Shown: positions 1 to 9,648, numbered from the stretch's first letter. The stretch is DNA of 64,000 nt from Candidatus Falkowbacteria bacterium (GCA_963747695.1 CAVVFV010000010.1:69618-133617), one strand, 5' to 3'. Made by a program: numbers and translations. The notes: a model not told the origin generated them from the sequence alone.

Positions 1-576
1 CGAAACCTTGATTTCTTGTTCGATTTGCGGACTGTGTTTGGTTTTGTCCCGGATGCGTCCGGTCGGTTTCCCGCCCATATTTTCATCAAGATATTCCTGG
101 ATATTTTCCACCCGGCGATAGATGTGGGCGTTATTCCGGCCGACCCAGGTGAACTCGCGGGCGACGCCGATCGCGCCGATCGCATCAAGCTTGTCGGCGT
201 CAAAAAGTATTTTGGCTTCGATACTTTGCGGCGGATGTTCCGAACGATAGCGGTGAGAAATTACGCACTCCTGCACGCGTTTTATCTTTTCCGGCGGATA
301 ACCCAATTCGGCCAATATTTCACCGGCCATTTCAGCGCCCAGGACGGCGTGATCGGTCTTGCCGCTCGGATCCGCTTGTTCCTTGGCTTCCGCGATATCG
401 TGTAAGAGGGTGGCAATCTCCAAAATTTCCCGATCAACCGGCTCGGAAATTACTTCAGCCAAACGCATTGCCAAATTACGGACGCGCCTGACATGATCCA
501 TATCGTGCGTCGGGTCCGACATCCCGCCTAACTCCGCGGCAACGATCTTGGTCAATTTTTGAAAATCAAACGGCAT
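1..576 (-). CDS. HD-domain phosphohydrolase, partial (C-terminus beyond left edge)
   Basis: Absent from the ORF track because there is no stop in the window. Hand translation from ATG 576-574 stays open for all 192 codons: MPFDFQKLTKIVAAELGGMSDPTHDMDHVRRVRNLAMRLAEV...ATLLHDIAEAK...LFDADKLDAIGAIG. This shows the H..HD..D pattern of the HD superfamily. Confidence 0.7.
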   Translation of the reverse strand, partial: MPFDFQKLTKIVAAELGGMSDPTHDMDHVRRVRNLAMRLAEVISEPVDREILEIATLLHDIAEAKEQADPSGKTDHAVLGAEMAGEILAELGYPPEKIKRVQECVISHRYRSEHPPQSIEAKILFDADKLDAIGAIGVAREFTWVGRNNAHIYRRVENIQEYLDENMGGKPTGRIRDKTKHSPQIEQEIKVS

Positions 577-599
577 AGTGAAACATTAATTTCCGAGAA

Positions 600-1508
600 T
601 TATTTCGACCCGAGTATTTTTTTCAACTCATCGATCGCTTCGGCTAAATCCTCTTGCGGCTCCCAGCCCAAGAGTTCCCGCGCTTTCGAGGTGTCGGCCA
701 GACTGTCTCTAGGCTCCAAGCGAGCCGGAATGTTGACCGTCGGTCCGCCGATCAAAGCGGCAATCTCGTTGACCGAATGATTATGGCCGGCGCCGATATT
801 GATCACTTCGCCCATCCCCACTTTAGCGCTTTCGGCAGCTAAGAGATTAGCCCGGACAATATCGCGGACATGAGTGAAGTCGCGAGTTTGTTCGCCGTCG
901 CCGGTGATGGTCATCGCCTCGCCGTTCTGCCACTGGCGCAAAAATTTGGCGATCACCAAAGCATAGGCGCCTTCCGGATCTTGGCGCGGACCAAAAACAT
1001 TAAAGTAGCGCAAACAAACAGTCGGCAATTCATAAACTTCACTCCAAAGGCGGCAATAAAGTTCGCCGATATATTTTTGCAAGCCGTACGGGCTTTTCGG
1101 CAGCGCGATCATATCTTCGGTCAACGGCATTTTAATCTGATCGCCGTAAGCCGAACTGGAAGCGGAATAAACCAATTTCTTGACGCCGGCTTCTTTGGCC
1201 GCCATCAAGACGTTGATCGTGCCTTCGACATTCACTTTATTGCTTTCCCGCGGATGTTCGATGGAATATTGGACTCGGGGCAACGCGGCCAGATGAAAAA
1301 CATATTCCGCATTCTTGAAAATAGGTTTGATCTTTTCCCCGTCAGTAATATCTAAAATATGCAAGGTCGCTTTAGAATTGACGTATTCTTTTTTCCCGGC
1401 CACTAAATTATCAATCACGTGAACGTCAAAATCCAGCTCGACGAGCGCGTCGACTAAATTTGATCCGATGAATCCCGCCCCGCCGGTAACCACGACTTTA
1501 TTGCTCAT
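600..1508 (-). CDS. NAD-dependent sugar epimerase/dehydratase (UDP-glucose 4-epimerase-like extended SDR)
   Basis: 302 aa with an ATG start. Rossmann motif VTGGAGFIGS, catalytic YxxxK (SPYGLQKY), and RYFNVFGPRQ typical of the family. Confidence 0.85.
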   Translation of the reverse strand: MSNKVVVTGGAGFIGSNLVDALVELDFDVHVIDNLVAGKKEYVNSKATLHILDITDGEKIKPIFKNAEYVFHLAALPRVQYSIEHPRESNKVNVEGTINVLMAAKEAGVKKLVYSASSSAYGDQIKMPLTEDMIALPKSPYGLQKYIGELYCRLWSEVYELPTVCLRYFNVFGPRQDPEGAYALVIAKFLRQWQNGEAMTITGDGEQTRDFTHVRDIVRANLLAAESAKVGMGEVINIGAGHNHSVNEIAALIGGPTVNIPARLEPRDSLADTSKARELLGWEPQEDLAEAIDELKKILGSK

Positions 1509-1642
1509 AGTTTAATTTCCAAAATAGATTTATTAACATTTTGCTTTATTTGAAGAACCTCGAATTGTTTTCACTTTATCACCCCGAGCCCCAAAAAGCA
1601 AGAAAAAACGCACACTTAATGACGTTTTTACTATGCCAAATT

Positions 1643-2347
1643 TTAGCGACGTCCGAGATAGGCCAACATTCCTTGGGTTGGATCAATTTTATCGCGCCGG
1701 GCGGAAAAGAATTTTTCCGGGTTATCATAAGTGCATTCTAAGCTTGATAAAATATTTTTCACTCCTGAGTTTCGCAACCGCAGCTCGGCTTCCCCGCCCA
1801 AATCGGCGAACAGCTGGCCGCCGCGCTGTTCGATGTTTTTTTGGTCAAATCGCGCCGCCACTTCTCCTCCCACTTCGTAGTGGCAACTGCCGATATGCGG
1901 GCCGATGACTACTTGGATATTTTCCGGCTGGGCGCTGAACTCCTCATTCATTTTTTTAATGGCCTTTTCCAAGATTCCCCCAATCAAACAATGCCAGCTG
2001 GCGTGAATCATCCCGAGCCCTTTAGTAACCGGGTCAAAACAAAAAATCGGCAGACAGTCAGCCGCCGTTACAGTTAAGAATATATTCTGAACATTGGTAA
2101 TCAAAGCGTCGGTGTTCAATAAATATTTCCCAGCTGCTTCTTGACCGACTAGGCTGACGTTAGTTCCATGGGCAATCCCGCCGGCAACTACCAATCCTGG
2201 ATCGATTTTCAATTTTTTAAAATACTGCTCGCGGTTAGCGCGAACAGCTTCGTCGACCGGCAATTTATTCCACCAGACCATCGAGCCGTCGGACCGTTCG
2301 GAAAGGCCGGCCAAAATTTCCGGATATCCGGAAAAAATTATTTTCAT
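1643..2347 (-). CDS. pgeF: YfiH/PgeF family (DUF152) peptidoglycan editing factor / purine nucleoside phosphorylase-like
   Basis: 234 aa. Family-typical residues are present: HGTNV, TAADCLPI, HASWHC, GPHIGSCHYEVG. Confidence 0.8.
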   Translation of the reverse strand: MKIIFSGYPEILAGLSERSDGSMVWWNKLPVDEAVRANREQYFKKLKIDPGLVVAGGIAHGTNVSLVGQEAAGKYLLNTDALITNVQNIFLTVTAADCLPIFCFDPVTKGLGMIHASWHCLIGGILEKAIKKMNEEFSAQPENIQVVIGPHIGSCHYEVGGEVAARFDQKNIEQRGGQLFADLGGEAELRLRNSGVKNILSSLECTYDNPEKFFSARRDKIDPTQGMLAYLGRR

Positions 2348-2377
2348 AAAATTTTCTTTCTCATATATTTTTGGTCC

Positions 2378-2455
2378 CGCAGCAGTCTCGCCTCGGACTG
2401 CTGCGAAAATTATCTATTAGTTAGTCGGCGTCGCAGTCCGAGGCGAGACTGCGAC
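2378..2455. repeat. Pair of GC hairpins of the GCAGTC-CGAGGCGA-GACTGC family, in inverted orientation to each other
   Basis: 2378-2405 reads CGCAGCAGTCTCGCCTCGGACTGCTGCG and 2430-2455 reads GTCGCAGTCCGAGGCGAGACTGCGAC. The core of the first is the reverse complement of the second. Related copies occur at 46120-46147 and 46182-46207. Confidence 0.75.
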
Positions 2456-2465
2456 GAAACCAAAA

Positions 2466-2912
2466 TTATTTATCCCAGCCGAACTCGCAATATTTTTCTC
2501 CCTTAAGATAACAATTTATCGCGGTTCGAATATAGAGAATTGTATTTTCCGGCAATTGCTTGAGCGGAAACCAGGACAAATCAATACATTTATCCGGTTC
2601 GATATTTTTAATTTCCCCGCCCCACTTTTTAACCTTGAAAAACAGATCGATCCTTTCATGATCGCCGCAATTACGATGCATGGTTAGGGCTAAATCCAAG
2701 TCGTCAACCGATATTATAATTCCTGCTTCTTCCGCCGCTTCCCTTTTCATCGCTTCCCTCATGGTCTCGTTGCTTTCCGCGTGACCGGCGACGAGGCCAT
2801 AGTTGCCGTCTTCAAAACCGGTATTCTGCCTTCTTAAAAGTAAAATTTTTCCATCACGGATGAGCAAAGCGTAAATGGAAGGTATTAATTTAAACCGTTC
2901 TTTATTGGGCAT
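2466..2912 (-). CDS. Nudix hydrolase
   Basis: Nudix box GHAESNETMREAMKREAAEEAGI. The ORF-track start at 2942 is GTG, so the first ATG (2912, MPNKERF...) is preferred. Confidence 0.8.
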   Translation of the reverse strand: MPNKERFKLIPSIYALLIRDGKILLLRRQNTGFEDGNYGLVAGHAESNETMREAMKREAAEEAGIIISVDDLDLALTMHRNCGDHERIDLFFKVKKWGGEIKNIEPDKCIDLSWFPLKQLPENTILYIRTAINCYLKGEKYCEFGWDK

Positions 2913-2942
2913 AAATACTATAAATGTCAGGAATAAACCCAC

Positions 2943-3020
2943 CCCGTCTTCGCCAGGGGCGAATCCACCTCCGCCTCGGCAAGCTTTCGGCGAGACGGGC
3001 CTCCTAGGGGACTTTTTTAC
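2943..3020. repeat. Possible degenerate copy of the GC-rich 'module 2' repeat
   Basis: TCCACCTCCGCCTCGGC...CCTCCTAGGGGACTTTTTT resembles 26717-26772 and 47907-47959 (CCCTCCCCGCCTCG...GAGGGGAC + T run). The similarity was judged by eye only. Confidence 0.35.
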
Positions 3021-3045
3021 TTTTTACTTCTTACTTTTTGCTTAT

Positions 3046-5835
3046 TTACGCCCCACAGCATTTCTTATATTTCTTTCCGCTTCCGCATGGGCAAGGATCG
3101 TTCCTCCCGACTTTCTCGCCGGCGGCATTAAGAGTCTTTTGTTTGACGTTGTCAAAAGCGGAGCGGCCGTCGGCGGAGGCTTCGGCGGTTTTGGCCGGAG
3201 CGGAAAAAGTCCGGGCGCGCTGGAGAAGATTCGGCGCCATAAAACCGAGGGCGCTTAATCCCTGAGCCGAGCCGAATTTATAAATTCCATAGACGACTTC
3301 TTTTTGGATCAGATTATTCAATTCGGAGAACATCCGGAAAGCTTCTTTCTTGTATTCCACTAAAGGATCGCGCTGGCCGTAGCCGCGCAAGCCGATCCCC
3401 CGCCGCATATAATCCATCGAATCGAGATGATCGACCCAGAGCGAATCGATCGAACGCAGCAGAATATTTTTCTCGATATCGCGCCAATCCAGTCCCGCAT
3501 CGGCATAATCCTTTTCCATCTTGCCATAGCGCTCGCCGGCTAAACCGACCAGATGCTCAATAATCTTGGTCCGCACCAGCGCCTTTTCCAATCTTTTTGT
3601 TTCATCGGCAATGCCGGTAAGGTCGGTTTTGAGATCGCTTTGCGCCGGGAAGATCGAATTAACCGTTTCATAAATCTCGTTGATGTTCCAGGTTTTAATA
3701 TCTTCGGCCGCGGTATGAAAAGAAACCACCTGCTCCAATTCTTCTTCGATCATTTCCAGAATTATTTCCGATAATTTTTCCGGTTCGGTTTCGGCAGTCG
3801 CCAAAATAACGTCGCGGCGGCGATAGATCGCTTCGCGATGCTTGTTGATCACGTCGTCATATTCGACCAGATGTTTGCGCAGATCGAAATTATTCGCTTC
3901 CACTTTTTTCTGCGCTGTCTCGATCGAGCCGGTGATCATCCGGTTCTCGATCGGCATATCTTCCGGCAATCGCAAGGTCGTCATCAACTTTTTCATCCGG
4001 TCGCCGCCAAAAATGCGCATCAGGTCATCCTCGCAAGAGAGATAAAATCGGGACATCCCCGGATCGCCCTGGCGTCCGGCGCGACCTCTTAACTGATTAT
4101 CAATGCGGCGGGCTTCGTGGCGCTCGGTGCCGATGACGTACAAACCGCCCAAACTTTTGACTTTCTCGCTTTCTTCTTTCCAAGCCGCAATCTGTTCCGG
4201 AGTCATATCCTTCTCCAGCTGTCCGCCCAGAATTATATCGACGCCGCGGCCGGCCATATTGGTCGCCACCGTAATTGCGCCGAGTCTGCCGGCTTGGGAA
4301 ATGATGCGCGCTTCCCGTTCATGATTCTTGGCATTCAAGAATTCCGGCTGCAAGCCTTCGCGAACCATCAATTCGGAAAGTAATTCATTTTTCTCGATTG
4401 AGATCGTACCGACCAAGATCGGCTGGCCTTGGATATGCTTTTCCTTAATGTCCTTGATCACGGCCTGAAATTTTGCCAGCTCGGTTTTATAAACCAAGTC
4501 GTTCAAATCCTTTCTGACCATTTCCTTATTAGTCGGGATGACCACGACTTCCAATTTATAAATTTTGGCGAATTCTTCCGCCTCGGTGACGGCGGTACCG
4601 GTCATACCGGCAAGTTTTTGATACATCCGGAAATAATTCTGGAAAGTGATGGTCGCCAAAGTCTGCGATTCGCGCTGAATCGCCACGCCTTCTTTGGCTT
4701 CGATCGCCTGGTGCAAACCTTCGCTGTAGCGGCGGCCCGGCATCAAACGGCCGGTGAATTCGTCGACGATCAAAACTTCGCCGTCCTTGACGACATAATC
4801 TTTTTCGCGATGGAAGATGACTTCCGCCTTCAAAGCCTGTTCGATATGGTGAACCTCGCCGATTCCTTTTTCCACGTAAATATTGCCGATACCCAGATAG
4901 CCTTCCATTTTCTCGATGCCGTTTTCGGTCAAAGTGACGGCACGCATCTTTTCGTCGACATTATAATCTTCATTCACTTTCAAACGGCGGACCAAGTCGG
5001 CGAATTTATAATATTTATCGGTTGATTCCTCGGCGGCCGCGGAAATGATCAACGGCGTCCGGGCTTCATCGATCAAGATCGAATCGATCTCATCGACGAT
5101 GGCATAATTCAAACCGCGCTGCACTTTATCGCCGAGCGTCGGGACCATATTATCGCGCAGATAATCGAAACCAAATTCATTGTTGGTGCCGTAGACAATA
5201 TCGCAAGCATAAGCTTCTTTCCTTTCCGCCTTGCGGAAATGGGCCAGGCGTTCATCGTATTTTTCATCTTCATTGGTGTAAGCTGCGTCATAGATGAATG
5301 AAGCTTGATTGATGATCACACCCACGGAAAGTCCCAGAAAATTAAAAATCGGAGCCATCCAGCCGGCGCCGACGCGGGACAAATAATCATTGACGGTAAC
5401 CAACTGCACGCCCAAACCGGTCAATGCGTTCAAGTAAAGCGGCAAAGTCGCCACCAAAGTCTTGCCTTCACCGGTCTTCATTTCCGAAATCTGGCCGCGA
5501 TGCAAAACAATGCCGCCCATTAGCTGGACATCGAAATGCCGCTGGTTGATTTTCCTCTTGGCGGCTTCGCGCATCACCGCAAAAGCGTCAGGAAGGATTT
5601 CGTCCAGCTTAACCTTAAGCTCGTCTTTCGGCCGCTCGATAATTTCCATTTCCGGATCGCTGGACGGTTTCCGCACTGCCAGTCGTTCTTTCAACACCAA
5701 AGTCTGCCCCGCGAGTTCCTCGTCGGACATTTTTGAATATTTTTCTTCTAGTTTATTTATTTGCTCGACAACCGGCTCCAATTCCTTGACAACCTTCTCG
5801 TTCGGATCGCCGAAGATCGCAGTTAAGAATGACAT
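3046..5835 (-). CDS. secA: Preprotein translocase ATPase SecA
   Basis: 929 aa, with DEAD-like motor motifs (MKTGEGKTLV, DEIDSILIDEARTPLIIS) and a C-terminal zinc finger CPCGSGKKYKKCCG. Confidence 0.97.
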   Translation of the reverse strand: MSFLTAIFGDPNEKVVKELEPVVEQINKLEEKYSKMSDEELAGQTLVLKERLAVRKPSSDPEMEIIERPKDELKVKLDEILPDAFAVMREAAKRKINQRHFDVQLMGGIVLHRGQISEMKTGEGKTLVATLPLYLNALTGLGVQLVTVNDYLSRVGAGWMAPIFNFLGLSVGVIINQASFIYDAAYTNEDEKYDERLAHFRKAERKEAYACDIVYGTNNEFGFDYLRDNMVPTLGDKVQRGLNYAIVDEIDSILIDEARTPLIISAAAEESTDKYYKFADLVRRLKVNEDYNVDEKMRAVTLTENGIEKMEGYLGIGNIYVEKGIGEVHHIEQALKAEVIFHREKDYVVKDGEVLIVDEFTGRLMPGRRYSEGLHQAIEAKEGVAIQRESQTLATITFQNYFRMYQKLAGMTGTAVTEAEEFAKIYKLEVVVIPTNKEMVRKDLNDLVYKTELAKFQAVIKDIKEKHIQGQPILVGTISIEKNELLSELMVREGLQPEFLNAKNHEREARIISQAGRLGAITVATNMAGRGVDIILGGQLEKDMTPEQIAAWKEESEKVKSLGGLYVIGTERHEARRIDNQLRGRAGRQGDPGMSRFYLSCEDDLMRIFGGDRMKKLMTTLRLPEDMPIENRMITGSIETAQKKVEANNFDLRKHLVEYDDVINKHREAIYRRRDVILATAETEPEKLSEIILEMIEEELEQVVSFHTAAEDIKTWNINEIYETVNSIFPAQSDLKTDLTGIADETKRLEKALVRTKIIEHLVGLAGERYGKMEKDYADAGLDWRDIEKNILLRSIDSLWVDHLDSMDYMRRGIGLRGYGQRDPLVEYKKEAFRMFSELNNLIQKEVVYGIYKFGSAQGLSALGFMAPNLLQRARTFSAPAKTAEASADGRSAFDNVKQKTLNAAGEKVGRNDPCPCGSGKKYKKCCGA

Positions 5836-5913
5836 TGCTATATTGCTATATTGCTATATTGCTATATTGCTAACGATTTCAAAATCGTTGCGCAACAATA
5901 TAACAATATGACA
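5836..5913. repeat. Intergenic palindrome, CTATATTG-word family (F1), copy 1
   Basis: (GCTATATT)x3 arm, inner hairpin AACGATT-TCAA-AATCGTT (5864-5881), and right arm CGTTGCGCAACAATATAACAATATGACAAT. It abuts the secA ATG directly. Confidence 0.8.
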
Positions 5914-5933
5914 ATATAACATTGATTTTATTT

Positions 5934-6248
5934 TTACTTCACTTCTCTCATCTTCTCCTTAAACTTGATAATTTCGCGTTCCATATGATCCTTCACCTTG
6001 TCGATCGCTTTATACAAATCCTTTTCGGTTTTTTCCACCCGTAATAATTTGCCGTTCAGATCCAAATTTATTTCCGCGCGGTAGATCTCGCCCGATTGCT
6101 GGCCGCCGACGGCTAAGCCGACTTCGAAATGGCAATTGATCACCGGGATATCGCCCAGATATTTTTCCAGCATATCGCACTTTTTCTGGACATAATCGCG
6201 GATGGCATCGGTCAATTCGAGCTTGGTGGCTTTGATTTGGATTTGCAT
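5934..6248 (-). CDS. hpf: Ribosome hibernation promoting factor (HPF/RaiA, short form)
   Basis: MQIQIKATKLELTDAIRDYVQKK... is typical of HPF. The ORF-track start at 6254 is TTG; the ATG at 6248 is preferred. Confidence 0.85.
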   Translation of the reverse strand: MQIQIKATKLELTDAIRDYVQKKCDMLEKYLGDIPVINCHFEVGLAVGGQQSGEIYRAEINLDLNGKLLRVEKTEKDLYKAIDKVKDHMEREIIKFKEKMREVK

Positions 6249-6357
6249 AAGCAAAATACGAGTCTGCGAATGTATCCTAATCTACGCATTTAAATTACGT
6301 AATATTAGAAACAAAGGCAAATTCGTTCTTTATTTTTTATTTTAATATTCTATGGTG

Positions 6358-6386
6358 ATTTTACGGCAAAAATGGCCAAAAGTCAA
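6358..6386 (-). promoter_or_regulatory. Putative sigma-70-type promoter for hpf
   Basis: On the minus strand: TTGACT (6386-6381), 17-nt spacer, TAAAAT (6363-6358), about 110 nt upstream of the hpf ATG. Confidence 0.5.
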
Positions 6387-6428
6387 TTAAAAAAGGCGTG
6401 GATAAACAACGTCTTTTAAAATATCCTC

Positions 6429-6890
6429 CTAAACCAGCTCCTCAAATCGGCTGACCTTATGATTGGCGTCAAAATAAAACCGGGTGTGGATTTTCTCGCC
6501 GGCCAAAAGTCGCGGCAGCCAGTAATGGTCATCGTCCCACATTTTATCCAGCGGTAATTCTTTTATTTTAAACCACTTTAATTCTCCCTCACCGGTATCG
6601 TGCGGTTTGCCTTCCCATTCGCGCGCCACAAAAACGTAAGTATAATTATTAATGCTCTGGTCAGGAAAAATAAATTCGATCTCGCCACGCTGTTCCAAAT
6701 CCTTGATGACGATACCGGTTTCTTCCCGGACTTCCCGCTTCGCCGATTCGGACGGATCTTCGCCCGGTTTTAATTTTCCTCCCGGTCCGTTCCAATTTCC
6801 CTTGCCGAAACCGCGCGCTTTTTTTTGCAACAGAACTTCGCCGCGATCGTTCAAGATATAATTCAAATTGACGATATAAGGAAAATTCAT
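6429..6890 (-). CDS. Nudix hydrolase (MutT / 8-oxo-dGTPase-like)
   Basis: 153 aa with Nudix box GGKLKPGEDPSESAKREVREETGI. Confidence 0.8.
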   Translation of the reverse strand: MNFPYIVNLNYILNDRGEVLLQKKARGFGKGNWNGPGGKLKPGEDPSESAKREVREETGIVIKDLEQRGEIEFIFPDQSINNYTYVFVAREWEGKPHDTGEGELKWFKIKELPLDKMWDDDHYWLPRLLAGEKIHTRFYFDANHKVSRFEELV

Positions 6891-6900
6891 AACGATTTAA

Positions 6901-7001
6901 TAATCAATATCCAATAACCAATATTTAAAAAAATAATCAAATAAAAAAATATTAAATTATTTTGATATTTTTTAACGTATTGGTTATTTTTTATTGGATA
7001 T
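6901..7001. repeat. Intergenic palindrome, ATATCCAATA-word family (F2), copy 1
   Basis: The left arm ATATCCAATAACCAATAT pairs with the right arm GTATTGGTTATTTTTTATTGGATAT. The element starts right after the cca stop codon (7002-7004). Confidence 0.8.
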
Positions 7002-8528
7002 TTATACCTTGTATCCCTTTTTCATATCCTTGTCTTCTTCCTCTCTTTTTTCTTTGATTATCTCCTGGGCTTTGGCGCGCAAAGCGACAGCCTCCATAGC
7101 ATTTAATTCGGACGCGCGCTTAGATAAATAATCTTTATTATTCAATTCCGGATTTTCGATTACTTCGGCCAAAAGTACATCCAAAATCGTGCCAATCTTC
7201 GGCGAAGGAGGAATCTTCAAGTCATTCATCAGATCGGTCCCGTTGATTTTTAACATTTTCACTGAAACCGGATCGTTCTGCACCCGTTCGAACATATATT
7301 GCAGATGCCGCAATTTATACGGCTCGGCTTTGGGAGTTCCCGAACCCAAGCGGTCGGAAATGCGCAAATCGATCAGATCCTTCAGATTTTCTTTGCCGAC
7401 TTTCTTGATCAGCCGGCGCACCGAAGCGGCGGTAACCTCGCCGACATTATAGTAAAACATATGATTGCGGACCAGATTGACGATGCGCTCCGTATCTGCG
7501 GCGGAAAATTTCAAACTCTTGCAAAGTCGTTCGGCCAAACGAGCGCCGACATATTCATGATTATAAAAAGTGGCGATGCCGCCGATGATCTTTTTCGTCT
7601 TCGGCTTGCCGACATCATGGATCAGCGCCGCCATCCGCACCTGCCATTCCTGGCTCGGGCAATGTTTGAGCGACAAGACCCCGTGATCAAAAACCGTATA
7701 GATATGATGCCGGCTCTGCTCGATCCCGACGCCTTGTTCCAATTCCGGAATGATATATTGCAATAATTTGGTTTCATGCAAAGCCATAATGCCGTCATAA
7801 GGGCGGGGGGATTGCAGGATTTTTATCAATTCGGCGGCGACGCGTTCGCGAGCGATGAATTTCAAAGCTCCCGCCATCTTGACGATCGCCCGTTCGGTTT
7901 TATCTTCGATCTTGAAATTAAGCTGGGCGGAAAAACGGATCGCCCGCATCATCCGCAAAGAATCTTCCTTGAAGCGATCATCCGGTTCGCCGACCGCGCG
8001 GATGATTTTTTTCTTGATATCTTTGACTCCGCCGAATAAATCAATGATCTGATAACCTTCATGCTCCAGCAAATATTTAGTCAAATCTTCCTTTAGGGGC
8101 AACCGGCTTTTTGAGCTGCGCATCGCCAAGGCATTGATCGTAAAATCACGCCTAGAGAGATCCGCATCCAAATCTTTTTCAAATACTACTTCGTCCGGAC
8201 GGCGGCGATCGGAATAACCAGCTTCGGAACGATAGGTGGTTATCTCAATGGCATCCAAAACTTTGCTCAGCTTGCCCTCCGTAGCTCCGCCCTGCGGAGC
8301 GGAGGACGGGTTCTTTACCGGCAGAATCACCGTGCCGAAAGCATTTTCATAATGCGCTTCCGGGAATATTTTCAACATTTCTTCCGGCTTGGCATTAGTC
8401 GTGATATCCCAATCGCTTGGCGTTTTGTCCAGCAAAAAATCCCGGACGCAGCCGCCCACGACCCAGGCCTCAAAACCCGCTGCCTCCATTTTGATAATTA
8501 TGTTTTCTAAATATTGGGGGATATTCAT
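7002..8528 (-). CDS. cca: CCA-adding tRNA nucleotidyltransferase with C-terminal HD domain
   Basis: GGCVRDFLL, RRDFTINA, and an HD region (ALIHDVGKP). The ORF-track start at 8534 is TTG; the ATG at 8528 is preferred. Confidence 0.85.
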   Translation of the reverse strand: MNIPQYLENIIIKMEAAGFEAWVVGGCVRDFLLDKTPSDWDITTNAKPEEMLKIFPEAHYENAFGTVILPVKNPSSAPQGGATEGKLSKVLDAIEITTYRSEAGYSDRRRPDEVVFEKDLDADLSRRDFTINALAMRSSKSRLPLKEDLTKYLLEHEGYQIIDLFGGVKDIKKKIIRAVGEPDDRFKEDSLRMMRAIRFSAQLNFKIEDKTERAIVKMAGALKFIARERVAAELIKILQSPRPYDGIMALHETKLLQYIIPELEQGVGIEQSRHHIYTVFDHGVLSLKHCPSQEWQVRMAALIHDVGKPKTKKIIGGIATFYNHEYVGARLAERLCKSLKFSAADTERIVNLVRNHMFYYNVGEVTAASVRRLIKKVGKENLKDLIDLRISDRLGSGTPKAEPYKLRHLQYMFERVQNDPVSVKMLKINGTDLMNDLKIPPSPKIGTILDVLLAEVIENPELNNKDYLSKRASELNAMEAVALRAKAQEIIKEKREEEDKDMKKGYKV

Positions 8529-8651
8529 TAACAAATTTTTAATTTTTTAATTTTTAAATAATTTTTAAAGATTAATTTTTAAAGACATAATGAGGTCGGC
8601 TGTTTAAAAATTAAAAATTGTGGTTTCTTTAAAAATTACAAAAGTTAAAAA

Positions 8652-9596
8652 TTATTTTAAAACTACTATTTCTTCTTCCAACTCAACCTTAAATCTGATC
8701 TTTATTTCCTTCTTCACGAAGTCGATCAATTCGATCACGTCTTTGGCCGTGGCCCGGCCGGTATTGACGATGAAATTGGCGTGCTCGAGAGAAATCTTGG
8801 CGCCGCCGAACGCCTTGCCCTTGAGACCATGGAGATCGATCAGATAGCCGGCGCCGATCTTGCCGCCTTTGGCAATCCCCTGCTCATCGATGAATTCGGC
8901 TAACTGGGGGTTGACACGGCGGATGTCGTCAACGAATAAATTCTTGAAAACCGAACCGGCATTGGGTAATTTGGGCTGGGTGGTATCGCGTTTTTTCATA
9001 TTGTTGTCGACCAAAACATTGATTTGTTCAGCCGGCGCCGGCTTCAATCTTAAGGTGGCCGACCAGATGACCAAATCCGGATTTGTTTTAAAAATGCTGG
9101 CGCGATATCCGAACTGGCAATCTTTCTGGCTCAAAGTTTCCCAGCGATTTTTATGTAAATCATAAGCCTCGACCGTTTCCACGATATCACCCGTGTTCAT
9201 CCCGAAACCGCCGGCATTGCCGCGGACGCAGCCGCCGATCAAAGCTTGCGGGATGCCAAAACCCCATTCCAACCCGGATAAACCGGCCGCGCGGGTCAAA
9301 GAAATGACATAGGCTAAAGAAGCGCCGGCGCCGCAATTAAAGCGAGGTGATAAATTTACCGCTTCGCGATTGGCAAATTTAATCACTAGACCGGGTAAAC
9401 CTTCATCGGCAATCAGAAGATTCGAACCGCCGCCCAAATAATAAATCGGTTCTTTTTCTTTTCTTGCCCACTCCACCGCTTCAACCAGATCTTCCTTAGT
9501 GCCAACTTCGACGAAAAACTTCGCCGGTCCGCCGATTTTGAAGGTGGTCAGCGGCGCGAGGGGTATATTCTTTTTTATTTTTAGTTCAATCGGCAT
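8652..9596 (-). CDS. murB: UDP-N-acetylenolpyruvoylglucosamine reductase
   Basis: 314 aa with an FAD-binding N-terminus (TTFKIGGPAKFF, YLGGGSNLL) and a MurB C-terminal domain. Confidence 0.9.
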   Translation of the reverse strand: MPIELKIKKNIPLAPLTTFKIGGPAKFFVEVGTKEDLVEAVEWARKEKEPIYYLGGGSNLLIADEGLPGLVIKFANREAVNLSPRFNCGAGASLAYVISLTRAAGLSGLEWGFGIPQALIGGCVRGNAGGFGMNTGDIVETVEAYDLHKNRWETLSQKDCQFGYRASIFKTNPDLVIWSATLRLKPAPAEQINVLVDNNMKKRDTTQPKLPNAGSVFKNLFVDDIRRVNPQLAEFIDEQGIAKGGKIGAGYLIDLHGLKGKAFGGAKISLEHANFIVNTGRATAKDVIELIDFVKKEIKIRFKVELEEEIVVLK

Positions 9597-9648
9597 AACC
9601 CTATGTTATCATTTTTAGCCCAAAAATCAAGGGGAAATTAAAAAAATA

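Noticed and set aside
4429-5025. Long plus-strand ORFs antisense to clear genes (for example 4429..5025, 9983..10594, 34028..34780, 44699..45187, 61029..61568).
   Set aside because: These are shadow ORFs opposite well-supported minus-strand genes (secA, murC, the DUF4012-like gene, the nucleotidyltransferase, the adhesin). They have no motifs and their composition is typical of antisense frames.
5838-5862. Tandem GCTATATT words and similar short tandem repeats in spacers, considered as a possible CRISPR array.
   Set aside because: The units are 8 nt with no spacers, form arms of palindromes, and no cas genes are present. This is not a CRISPR array.
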